Positions 62,138 to 64,000 of a stretch of 64,000 bases of DNA are shown piece after piece. The notes under the pieces were generated by a model, which was not told the DNA's origin, searched no databases, and saw nothing but the letters and a program-made list of their open reading frames with translations. Position numbers and translations under genes: made by a program. Each line of letters begins with the position of its first letter. Position 1 is the first letter of the stretch. This DNA comes from Mytilus trossulus (lineage: Eukaryota): contig NC_086380.1 of the NCBI RefSeq assembly GCF_036588685.1, forward strand, positions 76,198,001-76,262,000, read 5' to 3'.

Positions 62138-63690
62138 ATGGCATCAGCTAGTTTCTGTGATCCTTGCTCTGAAGCTAATAAGTCATTAACAGCAACAAAA
62201 TATTGCTCCGACTGTGAAGAAAGACTTTGTACAGACTGTGCAGAATCACATTGCAGACTAAAAGCTTTTAAATCTCACCATGTTATCGACCTGTCGTCCA
62301 TTGGATCCAATATTCTTATGTCCGCGAAGAAACACTGCAATGTCCATTCAGAAATGATATTGGATTATTACTGCACAGACCATGAGATCGTATGCTGTAG
62401 AGCCTCCATATCTAATGAACACAGGGTTTGTCAGAACGTACTCCCATTGGAACTGGCCTCGAAGGATGTAAAAAAGTCTGCACTGTTTCACGATGTTATG
62501 GAAGATATGACGCATCTTATTACAACATTGAATGCTTTAGACAATAACAGAGAGTCAAACTTACAATCTATGGAGAAAACTAAATCAACAATAACTAAGA
62601 AGATCCGAGCAGTGAAATCCAAATTTTTGAAACAAATTGACGATTTGGAGCGTGAATTAACGACCACTTTGTCATATCTTCAACGAAAACATGAAATCGA
62701 AATCAACAAACAAAAGCAAGAAATATCGCAAGTCTTGGTCAATGTTATAGAAAATAAAAACGAGATGGATTTTTTGAGAGATCATGGATCTAAGAATCAG
62801 CTCTTTATATTCCTTCGCCAACAAGTAACAAATATTCATAGCGCTGAGGTCAAGATTCAGCAGATAGTATCTGATTCACAAGAATTCGATATAACCTTTG
62901 GTAAGCTTGAGTCTCTCGGGTCACTGTCAGAGTATGTTCAACAATGTCAAGTTCAATACAAACCAAAGAAATTTCAACAAGCCCAGATAAAGGCGGAACC
63001 AATGAAAAACATTCAAGGGTTTGAGAAGGAAACAGTATTAAAATTTAATACTGATGTGGTAAAAAGTCTTTTGAGTGTATCAGTGATAGATAATAATAAG
63101 CTGCTCATTACTAATGCAGCATCCTCCGATCCCATACTCTATGTTTACAGAGACTGTAAAGATTATGAGACAGAGATAGCTTTTTCCTCCGCACCTCATT
63201 GGGTTGATGTGATACCTGGTACCAATAGAGCTGTTATTACTCTACCTTACGAAAAGTCTATATAATTTATAAATACGACAACGATGACAAAGGTCAACAA
63301 AGTTAAAGTCGAATTTACATGTTATGGTATCACTGCTGGACATGACAGGGTTTACGTTGGTGGTCAAGATGGTACTATCAAAACATTAGACACAAATGGG
63401 ACAATTCTAACAACGATTCAACAAGGATATGGAAATATTTTCTTCATGGTATACAATGAGGTACAGCAGGTTTAACACTTGATCGACAGAAAAACATTTA
63501 TTTTTGCGGTTTTGAGACCAACAACATACAAAGAATGTCATCAGATGGAGAAAATAGTGAAGAAATGCTGAACAAAGACAATGACATTGACCGTCCATTG
63601 GGAATGTGTTTTAACGAAGACTTCACAAAACTGGTTGTTATCAATGAAAGTGGCAAGTCCGTATATGTATACAAGTGCAAGTACATGTGA
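62138..63690 (+). pseudogene. TRIM-like pseudogene (paralogue 6)
   Basis: ATG 62138 follows acceptor AG 62126-62127. CAA>TAA nonsense at 63263-63265, 15-bp in-frame deletion (DEKKD lost), B-box2 Cys>Ser (CCRAS), ~88-bp frameshifting deletion near 63465. Homology ends at YKCKYM* (TGA 63688-63690). Confidence 0.88.
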
Positions 63691-64000
63691 AACAACAAAA
63701 ACATTGAAAAAACGTATAGCGCATAGCCAGCTATAAAAGTCCGCGAAATGACAAATGGAAATAAACAATTTTTGACAATGGTGAAATCAAAAGAACACAC
63801 ATTAGCATGCAAACGTTTCGTCTCCGTTCAGCCACAAGAAATAAGTTATATGAGAATAAATAACAAAATGAGATATGACATACAATTAAACCAATGACTT
63901 AAATGTAGTGGGAATAGTGCTTACATATCAAACTCGTCTACGTTCATTCTAGTGATTTCGTACTATTTCGTGTCGTTAAGTTTTGAGTTTGCTTTATTTT

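Overview
AT-rich eukaryotic genomic DNA, not prokaryotic. The repeat content and gene family suggest a bivalve such as Mytilus (inference). The window holds a head-to-tail (+ strand) tandem array of RING-less TRIM-like genes (B-box1, B-box2, coiled coil, NHL-type six-bladed beta-propeller), each with the whole CDS in one exon just after a splice acceptor. Three copies look intact (5355, 41980, 53675), one is C-terminally deleted (22149), two are pseudogenes (~33917, 62138) and one is a 5' remnant (36951). The N-terminal halves are nearly invariant, while the propellers are highly variable at predicted ligand-face loops and appear mosaic between paralogues, as expected of a diversifying innate-immune sensor array. 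Intergenic DNA holds duplicated 5' regulatory/first-exon modules and many transposons. These include a 4.4-kb palindromic CACTA element carrying a ~194-bp satellite, an EnSpm-type element with a DUF4806-like exon, two Academ-like elements (one an inverted dimer of transposase 3' ends), TTAA-targeting MITEs, Penelope-like RT fragments with a type I hammerhead ribozyme, a tRNA-derived SINE, a Helentron-like element and a 33-bp minisatellite. All comparisons were made by eye; no database searches were run.
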